DNA from: Auanema rhodensis
Lineage: Eukaryota; Animalia; Nematoda
Assembly (NCBI GenBank): GCA_964057225.1
Contig: OZ059896.1
Span: 20,956,001 to 21,020,000 of the forward strand
Reading direction: 5' to 3'
Length of the DNA: 64,000 nt
The notes beneath the pieces are model-generated. The model searched no databases. It was not told the origin of the DNA and saw only the letters and a program-made list of their open reading frames with translations. Every line of letters begins with the position of its first letter. Positions within the stretch are counted from its first letter, which is position 1. Below, in pieces: positions 1 to 11,400 of the stretch. Position numbers and translations under genes: made by a program.

Positions 1-163
1 TGAACTTATATCAGTTGATATCTCGGTGCATTTTCAAGCTAGCGCAAATCTGATAACACAGATCGACGCAGCTTAAAAATCCGCATCGAATGCACTATAC
101 TACATTGAGAAACGCTTGATACAAAAATTAGTTATGATCGTTTGAAAAATGATGCATTAGTGT

Positions 164-191
164 ATGTTGAGTTTCCATGTACACTCAACAT
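164..191. other. Perfect 9-bp inverted repeat ATGTTGAGT-N10-ACTCAACAT, one per monomer
   Basis: ATGTTGAGT (164-172) is the reverse complement of ACTCAACAT (183-191); loop TTCCATGTAC. Confidence 0.95.
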
Positions 192-204
192 TGCTTCCAA
201 AAAC

Positions 205-239
205 ATTTTGACAAAAATTTTTTCGAAAAATTTCAAAAT
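205..239. other. Imperfect A/T-rich dyad centred on TTTTTCGAAAAA, one per monomer
   Basis: 12-bp palindrome TTTTTCGAAAAA at 219-230; outer arms ATTTTGA (205-211) and TCAAAAT (233-239) are complementary. Confidence 0.85.
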
Positions 240-341
240 AATTTAGCAAAAAGTAGATGTTTTTAGATTCCTTTTTTTAAGGCAAAGACGATGGACAAGG
301 TTATTCAACGAAAAAATTAATTCTTCAGGACGAAAATCGAG

Positions 342-363
342 GATATAAGTGTGAACTTATATC
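342..363. other. Perfect 9-bp inverted repeat GATATAAGT-gtga-ACTTATATC, present at essentially every monomer junction
   Basis: GATATAAGT (342-350) is the reverse complement of ACTTATATC (355-363), with a 4-nt GTGA loop. Confidence 0.95.
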
Positions 364-2457
364 AGTTGATATCTCGGTGCATTTTCAAGCTAGCGCAAAT
401 CGGATAACACAGATCGACGCAGCTTAAAAATCCGCATCGAATGCACTATACTACATTGAGAAACGCTTGATACAAAAATTAGTTATGATCGTTTGAAAAA
501 TGATGCATTAGTGTATGTTGAGTTTCCATGTACACTCAACATTGCTTCCAAAAACATTTTGACAAAAATTTTTTCGAAAAATTTCAAAATAATTTAGCAA
601 AAAGTAGATGTTTTTAGATTCCTTTTTTTAAGGCAAAGACGATAGACAATGTTATTCAACGAAAAAATTAATTCTTCAGGGTGAAAATCGAGGATATAAG
701 TGTGAACTTATATCAGTTGATATCTCGGTGCATTTTCAAGCTAGCGCAAATCTGATAACACAGATCGACGCAGCTTAAAAATCCGCATCGAATGCACTAT
801 ACTACATTGAGAAACGCTTGATACAAAAATTAGTTATGATCGTTTGAAAAATGATGCATTAGTGTATGTTGAGTTTCCATGTACACTCAACATTGCTTCC
901 AAAAACATTTTGACAAAAATTTTTTCGAAAAATTTCAAAAAAATTTAGCAAAAAGTAGATGTTTTTAGATTCCATTTTTCAAGGCAAAGACGATAGACAA
1001 TGTTATTCAACGAAAAAATCAATTCTTCAGGGTGAAAATCGAGGATATAAGTGTGAACTTATATCAGTTGATATCTCGGTGCATTTTAAAGCTAGCGCAA
1101 ATCTGATAACACAGATCGACGCAGCTTAAAAATCCGCATCGAATGCACTATACTACATTGAGAAACGCTTGATACAAAAATTAGTTATGATCGTTTGAAA
1201 AATGATGCATTAGTGTATGTTGAGTTTCCATGTACACTCAACATTGCTTCCAAAAACATTTTGACAAAAATTTTTTCGAAAAATTTCAAAATAATTTAGC
1301 AAAAAGTAGATGTTTTTAGATTCCATTTTTCAAGGCAAAGACGATAGACAATGTTATTCAACGAAAAAATTAATTCTTCAGGGTGAAAATCGAGGATATA
1401 AGTGTGAACTTATATCAGTTGATATCTCGGTGCATTTTCAAGCTAGCGCAAATCGGATAACACAGATCGACGCAGCTTAAAAATCCGCATCGAATGCACT
1501 ATACTACATTGAGAAACGCTTGATACAAAAATTAGTTATGATCGTTTGAAAAATGATGCATTAGTGTATGTTGAGTTTCCATGTACACTCAACATTGCTT
1601 CCAAAAACATTTTGACAAAAATTTTTTCGAAAAATTTCAAAATAATTTAGCAAAAAGTAGATGTTTTTAGATTCCTTTTTTTAAGGCAAAGACGATAGAC
1701 AATGTTATTCAACGAAAAAATTAATTCTTCAGGGTGAAAATCGAGGATATAAGTGTGAACTTATATCAGTTGATATCTCGGTGCATTTTCAAGCTAGCGC
1801 AAATCTGATAACACAGATCGACGCAGCTTAAAAATCCGCATCGAATGCACTATACTACATTGAGAAACGCTTGATACAAAAATTAGTTATGATCGTTTGA
1901 AAAATGATGCATTAGTGTATGTTGAGTTTCCATGTACACTCAACATTGCTTCCAAAAACATTTTGACAAAAATTTTTTCGAAAAATTTCAAAAAAATTTA
2001 GCAAAAAGTAGATGTTTTTAGATTCCATTTTTCAAGGCAAAGACGATAGACAATGTTATTCAACGAAAAAATCAATTCTTCAGGGTGAAAATCGAGGATA
2101 TAAGTGTGAACTTATATCAGTTGAAATCTCGGTGCATTTTAAAGCTAGCGCAAATCTGATAACACAGATCGACGCAGCTTAAAAATCCGCATCGAATGCA
2201 CTATACTACATTGAGAAACGCTTGATACAAAAATTAGTTATGATCGTTTGAAAAATGATGCATTAGTGTATGTTGAGTTTCCATGTACACTCAACATTGC
2301 TTCCAAAAACATTTTGACAAAAATTTTTTCGAAAAATTTCAAAATAATTTAGCAAAAAGTAGATGTTTTTAGATTCCATTTTTCAAGGCAAAGACGATAG
2401 ACAATGTTATTCAACGAAAAAATTAATTCTTCAGGGTGAAAATCGAGGATATAAGTG
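352..2457. repeat. Local 3-monomer higher-order duplication (2 x 1053 bp)
   Basis: The order ATCGG copy / CAAAAAAATTT+AAATCAATT copy / TTTTAAAG copy occurs at 352-1404 and again at 1405-2457. Confidence 0.9.
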
Positions 2458-5400
2458 TGAACTTATATCAGTTGATATCTCGGTGCATTTTCAAGCTAGC
2501 GCAAATCTGATAACACAGATCGACGCAGCTTAAAAATCCGCATCGAATGCACCATACTACATTGAGAAACGCTTGATACAAAAATTAGTTATGATCGTTT
2601 GAAAAATGATGCATTAGTGTATGTTGAGTTTCCATGTACACTCAACATTGCTTCCAAAAACATTTTGACAAAAATTTTTTCGAAAAATTTCAAAATTATT
2701 TAGCAAAAAGTAGATGTTTTTAGATTCCATTTTTCAAGGCAAAGACGATAGACAATGTTATTCAACGAAAAAATTAATTCTTCAGGGTGAAAATCGAGGA
2801 TATAAGTGTGAACTTATATCAGTTGATATCTCGGTGCATTTTCAAGCTAGCGCAAATCTGATAACACAGATCGACGCAGCTTAAAAATCCGCATCGAATG
2901 CACTATACTACATTGAGAAACGCTTGATACAAAAATTAGTTATGATCGTTTGAAAAATGATGCATTAGTGTATGTTGAGTTTCCATGTACACTCAACATT
3001 GCTTCCAAAAACATTTTGACAAAAATTTTTTCGAAAAATTTCAAAATAATTTAGCAAAAAGTAGATGTTTTTAGATTCCATTTTTCAAGGCAAAGACGAT
3101 AGACAATGTTATTCAACGAAAAAATTAATTCTTCAGGGTGAAAATCGAGGATATAAGTGTGAAATTATATCAGTTGATATCTCGGTGCATTTTCAAGCTA
3201 GCGCAAATCTGATAACACAGATCGACGCAGCTTAAAAATCCGCATCGAATGCACTATACTACATTCAGAAACGCTTGATACAAAAATTAGTTATGATCGT
3301 TTGAAAAATGATGCATTAGTGTATGTTGAGTTTCCATGTACACTCAACATTGCTTCCAAAAACATTTTGACAAAAATTTTTTCGAAAAATTTCAAAATAA
3401 TTTAGCAAAAAGTAAATGTTTTTAGATTCCATTTTTCAAGGCAAAGACGATAGACAATGTTATTCAACGAAAAAATTAATTCTTCAGGGTGAAAATCGAG
3501 GATATAAGTGTGAACTTATATCAGTTGATATCTCGGTGCATTTTCAAGCTAGCGCAAATCTGATAACACAGATCGACGCAGCTTAAAAATCCGCATCGAA
3601 TGCACTATACTACATTGAGAAACGCTTGATACAAAAATTAGTTATGATCGTTTGAAAAATGATGCATTAGTGTATGTTGAGTTTCCATGTACACTCAACA
3701 TTGCTTCCAAAAACATTTTGACAAAAATTTTTTCGAAAAATTTCAAAATAATTTAGCAAAAAGTAGATGTTTTTAGATTCCTTTTTTTAAGGCAAAGACG
3801 ATAGACAATGTTATTCAACGAACAAATTAATTCTTCAGGGTGAAAATCGAGGATATAAGTGTGAACTTATATCAGTTGATATCTCGGTGCATTTTCAAGC
3901 TAGCGCAAATCTGATAACACAGATCGACGCAGCTTAAAAATCCGCATCGAATGCACTATACTACATTGAGAAACGCTTGATACAAAAATTAGTTATGATC
4001 GTTTGAAAAATGATGCATTAGTGTATGTTGAGTTTCCATGTACACTCAACATTGCTTCCAAAAACATTTTGACAAAAATTTTTTCGAAAAATTTCAAGAT
4101 AATTTAGCAAAAAGTAGATGTTTTTAGATTCCATTTTTCAAGGCAAAGACGATAGACAATGTTATTCAACGAAAAAATTAATTCTTCAGGGTGAAAATCG
4201 AGGATATAAGTGTGAACTTATATCAGTTGATATCTCGATGCATTTTCAAGCTAGCGCAAATCTGATAACACAGATCGACGCAGCTTAAAAATCCGCATCG
4301 AATGCACTATACTACATTGAGAAACGCTTGATACGAAAATTAGTTATGATCGTTTGAAAAATGATGCATTAGTGTATGTTGAGTTTCCATGTACACTCAA
4401 CATTGCTTCCAAAAACATTTTGACAAAAATTTTTTCGAAAAATTTCAAAATAATTTAGCAAAAAGTAGATGTTTTTAGATTCCTTTTTTTAAGGCAAAGA
4501 CGATGGACAATGTTATTCAACGAAAAAATTAATTCTTCAGGACGAAAATCGAGGATATAAGTGTGAACTTATATCAGTTGATATCTCGGTGCATTTTCAA
4601 GCTAGCGCAAATATGATAACACAGATCGACGCAGCTTAAAAATCCGCATCGAATGCACTATACTACATTGAGAAACGCTTAATACAAAAATTAGTTATGA
4701 TCGTTTGAAAAATGATGCATTAGTGTATGTTGAGTTTCCATGTACACTCAACATTGCTTCCAAAAACATTTTGACAAAAATTTTTTCGAAAAATTTCAAA
4801 ATAATTTAGCAAAAAGTAGATGTTTTTAGATTCCTTTTTTTAAGGCAAAGACGATGGACAATGTTATTCAACGAAAAAATTTATTCTTCAGGACGAAAAT
4901 CGAGGATATAAGTGTGAACTTATATCAGTTGATATCTCGGTGCATTTTTAAGCTAGCGCAAATCGGATAACACAGATCGACGCAGCTTAAAAATCCGCAT
5001 CGAATGCACTATACTACATTGAGAAACGCTTAATACAAAAATTAGTTATGATCGTTTGAAAAATGATGCATTAGTGTATGTTGAGTTTCCATGTACACTC
5101 AACATTGCTTCCAAAAACATTTTGACAAAAATTTTTTCGAAAAATTTCAAAATAATTTAGCAAAAAGTAGATGTTTTTAGATTCCTTTTTTTAAGGCAAA
5201 GACGATGGACAATGTTATTCAACGAAAAAATTAATTCTTCAGGACGAAAATCGAGGATATAAGTGTGAACTTATATCAGTTGATATCTCGGTGCATTTTC
5301 AAGCTAGCGCAAATCTGATAACACAGATCGACGCAGCTTAAAAATCCGCATCGAATGCACTATACTACATTGAGAAACGCTTAATACAAAAATTAGTTAT

Positions 5401-5616
5401 GATCGTTTGAAAAATGATGCATTAGTGTATGTTGAGTTTCCATGTACACTCAACATTGCTTCCAAAAACATTTTGACAAAAATTTTTTCGAAAAATTTCA
5501 AAATAATTTAGCAAAAAGTAGATGTTTTTAGATTCCTTTTTTTAAGGCAAAGACGATGGACAAGGTTATTCAACGAAAAAATTAATTCTTCAGGACGAAA
5601 ATCGAGGATATAAGTG

Positions 5617-8424
5617 TGAACTTATATCAGTTGATATCTCGGTGCATTTTCAAGCTAGCGCAAATCGGATAACACAGATCGACGCAGCTTAAAAATCCGC
5701 ATCGAATGCACTATACTACATTGAGAAACGCTTGATACAAAAATTAGTTATGATCGTTTGAAAAATGATGCATTAGTGTATGTTGAGTTTCCATGTACAC
5801 TCAACATTGCTTCCAAAAACATTTTGACAAAAATTTTTTCGAAAAATTTCAAAATAATTTAGCAAAAAGTAGATGTTTTTAGATTCCTTTTTTTAAGGCA
5901 AAGACGATAGACAATGTTATTCAACGAAAAAATTAATTCTTCAGGGTGAAAATCGAGGATATAAGTGTGAACTTATATCAGTTGATATCTCGGTGTAATT
6001 TCAAGCTAGCGCAAATCTGATAACACAGATCGACGCAGCTTAAAAATCCGCATCGAATGCACTATACTACATTGAGAAACGCTTGATACAAAAATTAGTT
6101 ATGATCGTTTGAAAAATGATGCATTAGTGTATGTTGAGTTTCCATGTACACTCAACATTGCTTCCAAAAACATTTTGACAAAAATTTTTTCGAAAAATTT
6201 CAAAAAAATTTAGCAAAAAGTAGATGTTTTTAGATTCCATTTTTCAAGGCAAAGACGATAGACAATGTTATTCAACGAAAAAATCAATTCTTCAGGGTGA
6301 AAATCGAGGATATAAGTGTGAACTTATATCAGTTGATATCTCGGTGCATTTTCAAGCTAGCGCAAATCTGATAACACAGATCGACGCAGCTTAAAAATCC
6401 GCATCGAATGCACTATACTACATTGAGAAACGCTTGATACAAAAATTAGTTATGATCGTTTGAAAAATGATGCATTAGTGTATGTTGAGTTTCCATGTAC
6501 ACTCAACATTGCTTCCAAAAACATTTTGACAAAAATTTTTTCGAAAAATTTCAAAATAATTTAGCAAAAAGTAGATGTTTTTAGATTCCATTTTTCAAGG
6601 CAAAGACGATAGACAATGTTATTCAACGAAAAAATTAATTCTTCAGGGTGAAAATCGAGGATATAAGTGTGAACTTATATCAGTTGATATCTCGGTGCAT
6701 TTTTAAGCTAGCGCAAATCTGATAACACAGATCGACGCAGCTTAAAAATCCGCATCGAATGCACTATACTACATTGAGAAACGCTTAATACAAAAATTAG
6801 TTATGATCGTTTGAAAAATGATGCATTAGTGTATGTTGAGTTTCCATGTACACTCAACATTGCTTCCAAAAACATTTTGACAAAAATTTTTTCGAAAAAT
6901 TTCAAAATAATTTAGCAAAAAGTAGATGTTTTTAGATTCCTTTTTTTAAGGCAAAGACGATGGACAAGGTTATTCAACGAAAAAATTAATTCTTCAGGAC
7001 GAAAATCGAGGATATAAGTGTGAACTTATATCAGTTGATATCTCGGTGCATTTTCAAGCTAGCGCAAATCGGATAACACAGATCGACGCAGCTTAAAAAT
7101 CCGCATCGAATGCACTATACTACATTGAGAAACGCTTGATACAAAAATTAGTTATGATCGTTTGAAAAATGATGCATTAGTGTATGTTGAGTTTCCATGT
7201 ACACTCAACATTGCTTCCAAAAACATTTTGACAAAAATTTTTTCGAAAAATTTCAAAATAATTTAGCAAAAAGTAGATGTTTTTAGATTCCTTTTTTTAA
7301 GGCAAAGACGATAGACAATGTTATTCAACGAAAAAATTAATTCTTCAGGGTGAAAATCGAGGATATAAGTGTGAACTTATATCAGTTGATATCTCGGTGT
7401 AATTTCAAGCTAGCGCAAATCTGATAACACAGATCGACGCAGCTTAAAAATCCGCATCGAATGCACTATACTACATTGAGAAACGCTTGATACAAAAATT
7501 AGTTATGATCGTTTGAAAAATGATGCATTAGTGTATGTTGAGTTTCCATGTACACTCAACATTGCTTCCAAAAACATTTTGACAAAAATTTTTTCGAAAA
7601 ATTTCAAAAAAATTTAGCAAAAAGTAGATGTTTTTAGATTCCATTTTTCAAGGCAAAGACGATAGACAATGTTATTCAACGAAAAAATCAATTCTTCAGG
7701 GTGAAAATCGAGGATATAAGTGTGAACTTATATCAGTTGATATCTCGGTGCATTTTCAAGCTAGCGCAAATCTGATAACACAGATCGACGCAGCTTAAAA
7801 ATCCGCATCGAATGCACTATACTACATTGAGAAACGCTTGATACAAAAATTAGTTATGATCGTTTGAAAAATGATGCATTAGTGTATGTTGAGTTTCCAT
7901 GTACACTCAACATTGCTTCCAAAAACATTTTGACAAAAATTTTTTCGAAAAATTTCAAAATAATTTAGCAAAAAGTAGATGTTTTTAGATTCCATTTTTC
8001 AAGGCAAAGACGATAGACAATGTTATTCAACGAAAAAATTAATTCTTCAGGGTGAAAATCGAGGATATAAGTGTGAACTTATATCAGTTGATATCTCGGT
8101 GCATTTTTAAGCTAGCGCAAATCTGATAACACAGATCGACGCAGCTTAAAAATCCGCATCGAATGCACTATACTACATTGAGAAACGCTTAATACAAAAA
8201 TTAGTTATGATCGTTTGAAAAATGATGCATTAGTGTATGTTGAGTTTCCATGTACACTCAACATTGCTTCCAAAAACATTTTGACAAAAATTTTTTCGAA
8301 AAATTTCAAAATAATTTAGCAAAAAGTAGATGTTTTTAGATTCCTTTTTTCAAGGCAAAGACGATGGACAATGTTATTCAACGAAAAAATTAATTCTTCA
8401 GGGTGAAAATCGAGGATATAAGTG
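5617..8424. repeat. Local 4-monomer higher-order duplication (period 1404 bp)
   Basis: The variant GGTGTAATTTC occurs only in the monomers starting 5968 and 7372, 1404 bp apart, with matching neighbours. Confidence 0.9.
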
Positions 8425-11400
8425 TGAACTTATATCAGTTGATATCTCGGTGCATTTTTAAGCTAGCGCAAATCTAATAACACAGATCGACGCAGCTTAA
8501 AAATCCGCATCGAATGCACTATACTACATTGAGAAACGCTTAATACAAAAATTAGTTATGATCGTTTGAAAAATGATGCATTAGTGTATGTTGAGTTTCC
8601 ATGTACACTCAACATTGTTTCCAAAAACATTTTGACAAAAATTTTTTCGAAAAATTTCAAAATAATTTAGCAAAAAGTAGATGTTTTTAGATTCCTTTTT
8701 CCAAAGCAAAGACGATGGACAATGTTATTCAACGAAAAAATTAATTCTTCAGGGTGAAAATCGAGGATATAAGTGTGAACTTATATCAGTTGATATCTCG
8801 GTGCATTTTTAAGCTAGCGCAAATCTGATAACACAGATCGACGCAGCTTAAAAATCCGCATCTAATGCACTATACTACATTGAGAAACGCTTAATACAGA
8901 AATTAGTTATGATCGTTTGAAAAATGATGCATTAGTGTATGTTGAGTTTCCATGTACACTCAACATTGTGTCCAAAAACATTTTGACAAAAATTTTTTCG
9001 AAAAATTTCAAAATAATTTAGCAAAAAGTAGATGTTTTTAGATTCCTTTTTTCAAAGCAAAGACGATGGACAATGTTATTCAACGAAAAAATTAATTCTT
9101 CAGGGTGAAAATCGAGGATATAAGTGTGAACTTATATCAGTTGATATCTCGGTGCATTTTTAAGCTAGCGCAAATCTGATAACACAGATCGACGCAGCTT
9201 AAAAATCCGCATCGAATGCACTATACTACATTGAGAAACGCTTAATACAGAAATTAGTTATGATCGTTTGAAAAATGATGCATTAGTGTATGTTGAGTTT
9301 CCATGTACACTCAACATTGTGTCCAAAAACATTTTGACAAAAATTTTTTCGAAAAATTTCAAAATAATTTAGCAAAAAGTAGATGTTTTTAGATTCCTTT
9401 TTTCAAAGCAAAGACGATGGACAATGTTATTCAACGAAAAAATTAATTCTTCAGGGTGAAAATCGAGGATATAAGTGTGAACTTATATCAGTTGATATCT
9501 CGGTGCATTTTTAAGCTAGCGCAAATCTGATAACACAGATCGACGCAGCTTAAAAATCCGCATCGAATGCACTATACTACATTGAGAAACGCTTAATACA
9601 AAAATTAGTTATGATCGTTTGAAAAATGATGCATTAGTGTATGTTGAGTTTCCATGTACACTCAACATTGTGTCCAAAAACATTTTGACAAAAATTTTTT
9701 CGAAAAATTTCAAAATAATTTAGCAAAAAGTAGATGTTTTTAGATTCCTTTTTTCAAAGCAAAGACGATGGACAATGTTATTCAACGAAAAAATTAATTC
9801 TTCAGGGTGAAAATCGAGGATATAAGTGTGAACTTATATCAGTTGATATCTCGGTGCATTTTTAAGCTAGCGCAAATCTGATAACACAGATCGACGCAGC
9901 TTAAAAATCCGCATCGAATGCACTATACTACATTGAGAAACGCTTAATACAAAAATTAGTTATGATCGTTTGAAAAATGATGCATTGGTGTATGTTGAGT
10001 TTCCATGTACACTCAACATTGCTTCCAAAAACATTTTGACAAAAATTTTTTCGAAAAATTTCAAAATAATTTAGCAAAAAGTAGATGTTTTTAGATTCCT
10101 TTTTTTAAAGCAAAGACGATGGACAATGTTATTCAACGAAAAAATTAATTCTTCAGGGTGAAAATCGAGGATATAAGTGTGAACTTATATCAGTTGATAT
10201 CTCGGTGCATTTTTAAGCTAGCGCAAATCTGATAACACAGATCGACGCAGCTTAAAAATCCGCATCGAATGCACTATACTACATTGAGAAACGCTTAATA
10301 CAAAAATTAGTTATGATCGTTTGAAAAATGATGCATTAGTGTATGTTGAGTTTCCATGTACACTCAACATTGCTTCCAAAAACATTTTGACAAAAATTTT
10401 TTCGAAAAATTTCAAAATAATTTAGCAAAAAGTAGATGTTTTTAGATTCCTTTTTTCAAGGCAAAGACGATGGACATTGTTATTCAACGAAAAAATTAAT
10501 TCTTCAGGGTGAAAATCGAGGATATAAGTGTGAACTTATATCAGTTGATATCTCGGTGCATTTTTAAGCTAGCGCAAATCTGATAACACAGATCGACGCA
10601 GCTTAAAAATCCGCATCGAATGCACTATACTACATTGAGAAACGCTTAATACAAAAATTAGTTATGATCGTTTGAAAAATGATGCATTAGTGTATGTTGA
10701 GTTTCCATGTACACTCAACATTGTTTCCAAAAACATTTTGACAAAAATTTTTTCGAAAAATTTCAAAATAATTTAGCAAAAAGTAGATGTTTTTAGATTC
10801 CTTTTTCCAAAGCAAAGACGATGGACAATGTTATTCAACGAAAAAATTAATTCTTCAGGGTGAAAATCGAGGATATAAGTGTGAACTTATATCAGTTGAT
10901 ATCTCGGTGCATTTTCAAGCTAGCGCAAATCTGATAACACAGATCGACGCAGCTTAAAAATCCGCATCGAATGCACTATACTACATTGAGAAACGCTTGA
11001 TACAAAAATTAGTTATGATCGTTTGAAAAATGATGCATTAGTGTATGTTGAGTTTCCATGTACACTCAACATTGCTTCCAAAAACATTTTGACAAAAATT
11101 TTTTCAAAAAATTTCAAAATAATTTAGCAAAAAGTAGATGTTTTTAGATTCCATTTTTCAAGGCCAAGACGATAGACAATGTTATTCAACGAAAAAATTA
11201 ATTCTTCAGGGTGAAAATCGAGGATATAAGTGTGAACTTATATCAGTTGATATCTCGGTGCATTTTTAAGCTAGCGCAAATCTGATAACACAGATCGACG
11301 CAGCTTAAAAATCCGCATCGAATGCACTATACTACATTGAGAAACGCTTAATACAAAAATTAGTTATGATCGTTTGAAAAATGATGCATTAGTGTATGTT

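Larger units (their letters stand above)
1..351. repeat. Representative monomer (351 bp, about 32% GC)
   Basis: Hand count 54 C + 58 G of 351. Contains single EcoRV (m17), NheI (m38), NsiI (m152), BsrGI (m178) and BstBI (m222) sites, which would give a 351-bp digest ladder. Confidence 0.97.

Noticed and set aside
164-191. Bacterial terminators, operators or promoters
   Set aside because: No genes are present and the context is a eukaryote-type satellite; the AT-rich hairpins lack a GC stem with a U tail.
221-237. CENP-B box
   Set aside because: TTCG and the central A are present but the essential CGGG half is absent.
117-318. Ancestral ~90-bp sub-repeat (ACAAAAATT at m121 and m211, GAAAAAATT at m310)
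   Set aside because: Similarity is confined to low-complexity A/T runs and spacing is unequal; not supportable without a statistical self-alignment.
322-328. Hammerhead ribozyme / retrozyme core (CTGAAGA on the minus strand; CTGATAA at 50-56 on plus)
   Set aside because: The monomer size fits hammerhead-bearing satellites, but I could not build stem II followed by GAAA on the minus strand, and the plus motif lacks the conserved G8. An Infernal search of a dimer against Rfam would settle it.
1-351. Repetitive protein gene (351 = 117 codons)
   Set aside because: The ORF track shows no long ORF in any frame, so stops recur in every monomer. Divisibility by three appears incidental.
1-351. 5S rRNA, tRNA, snRNA or spliced-leader tandem gene unit
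   Set aside because: No recognisable 5S sequence, tRNA cloverleaf or A/B boxes, or known SL exon. Sm-site-like AATTTTTG on the minus strand is expected by chance in A-tract DNA.
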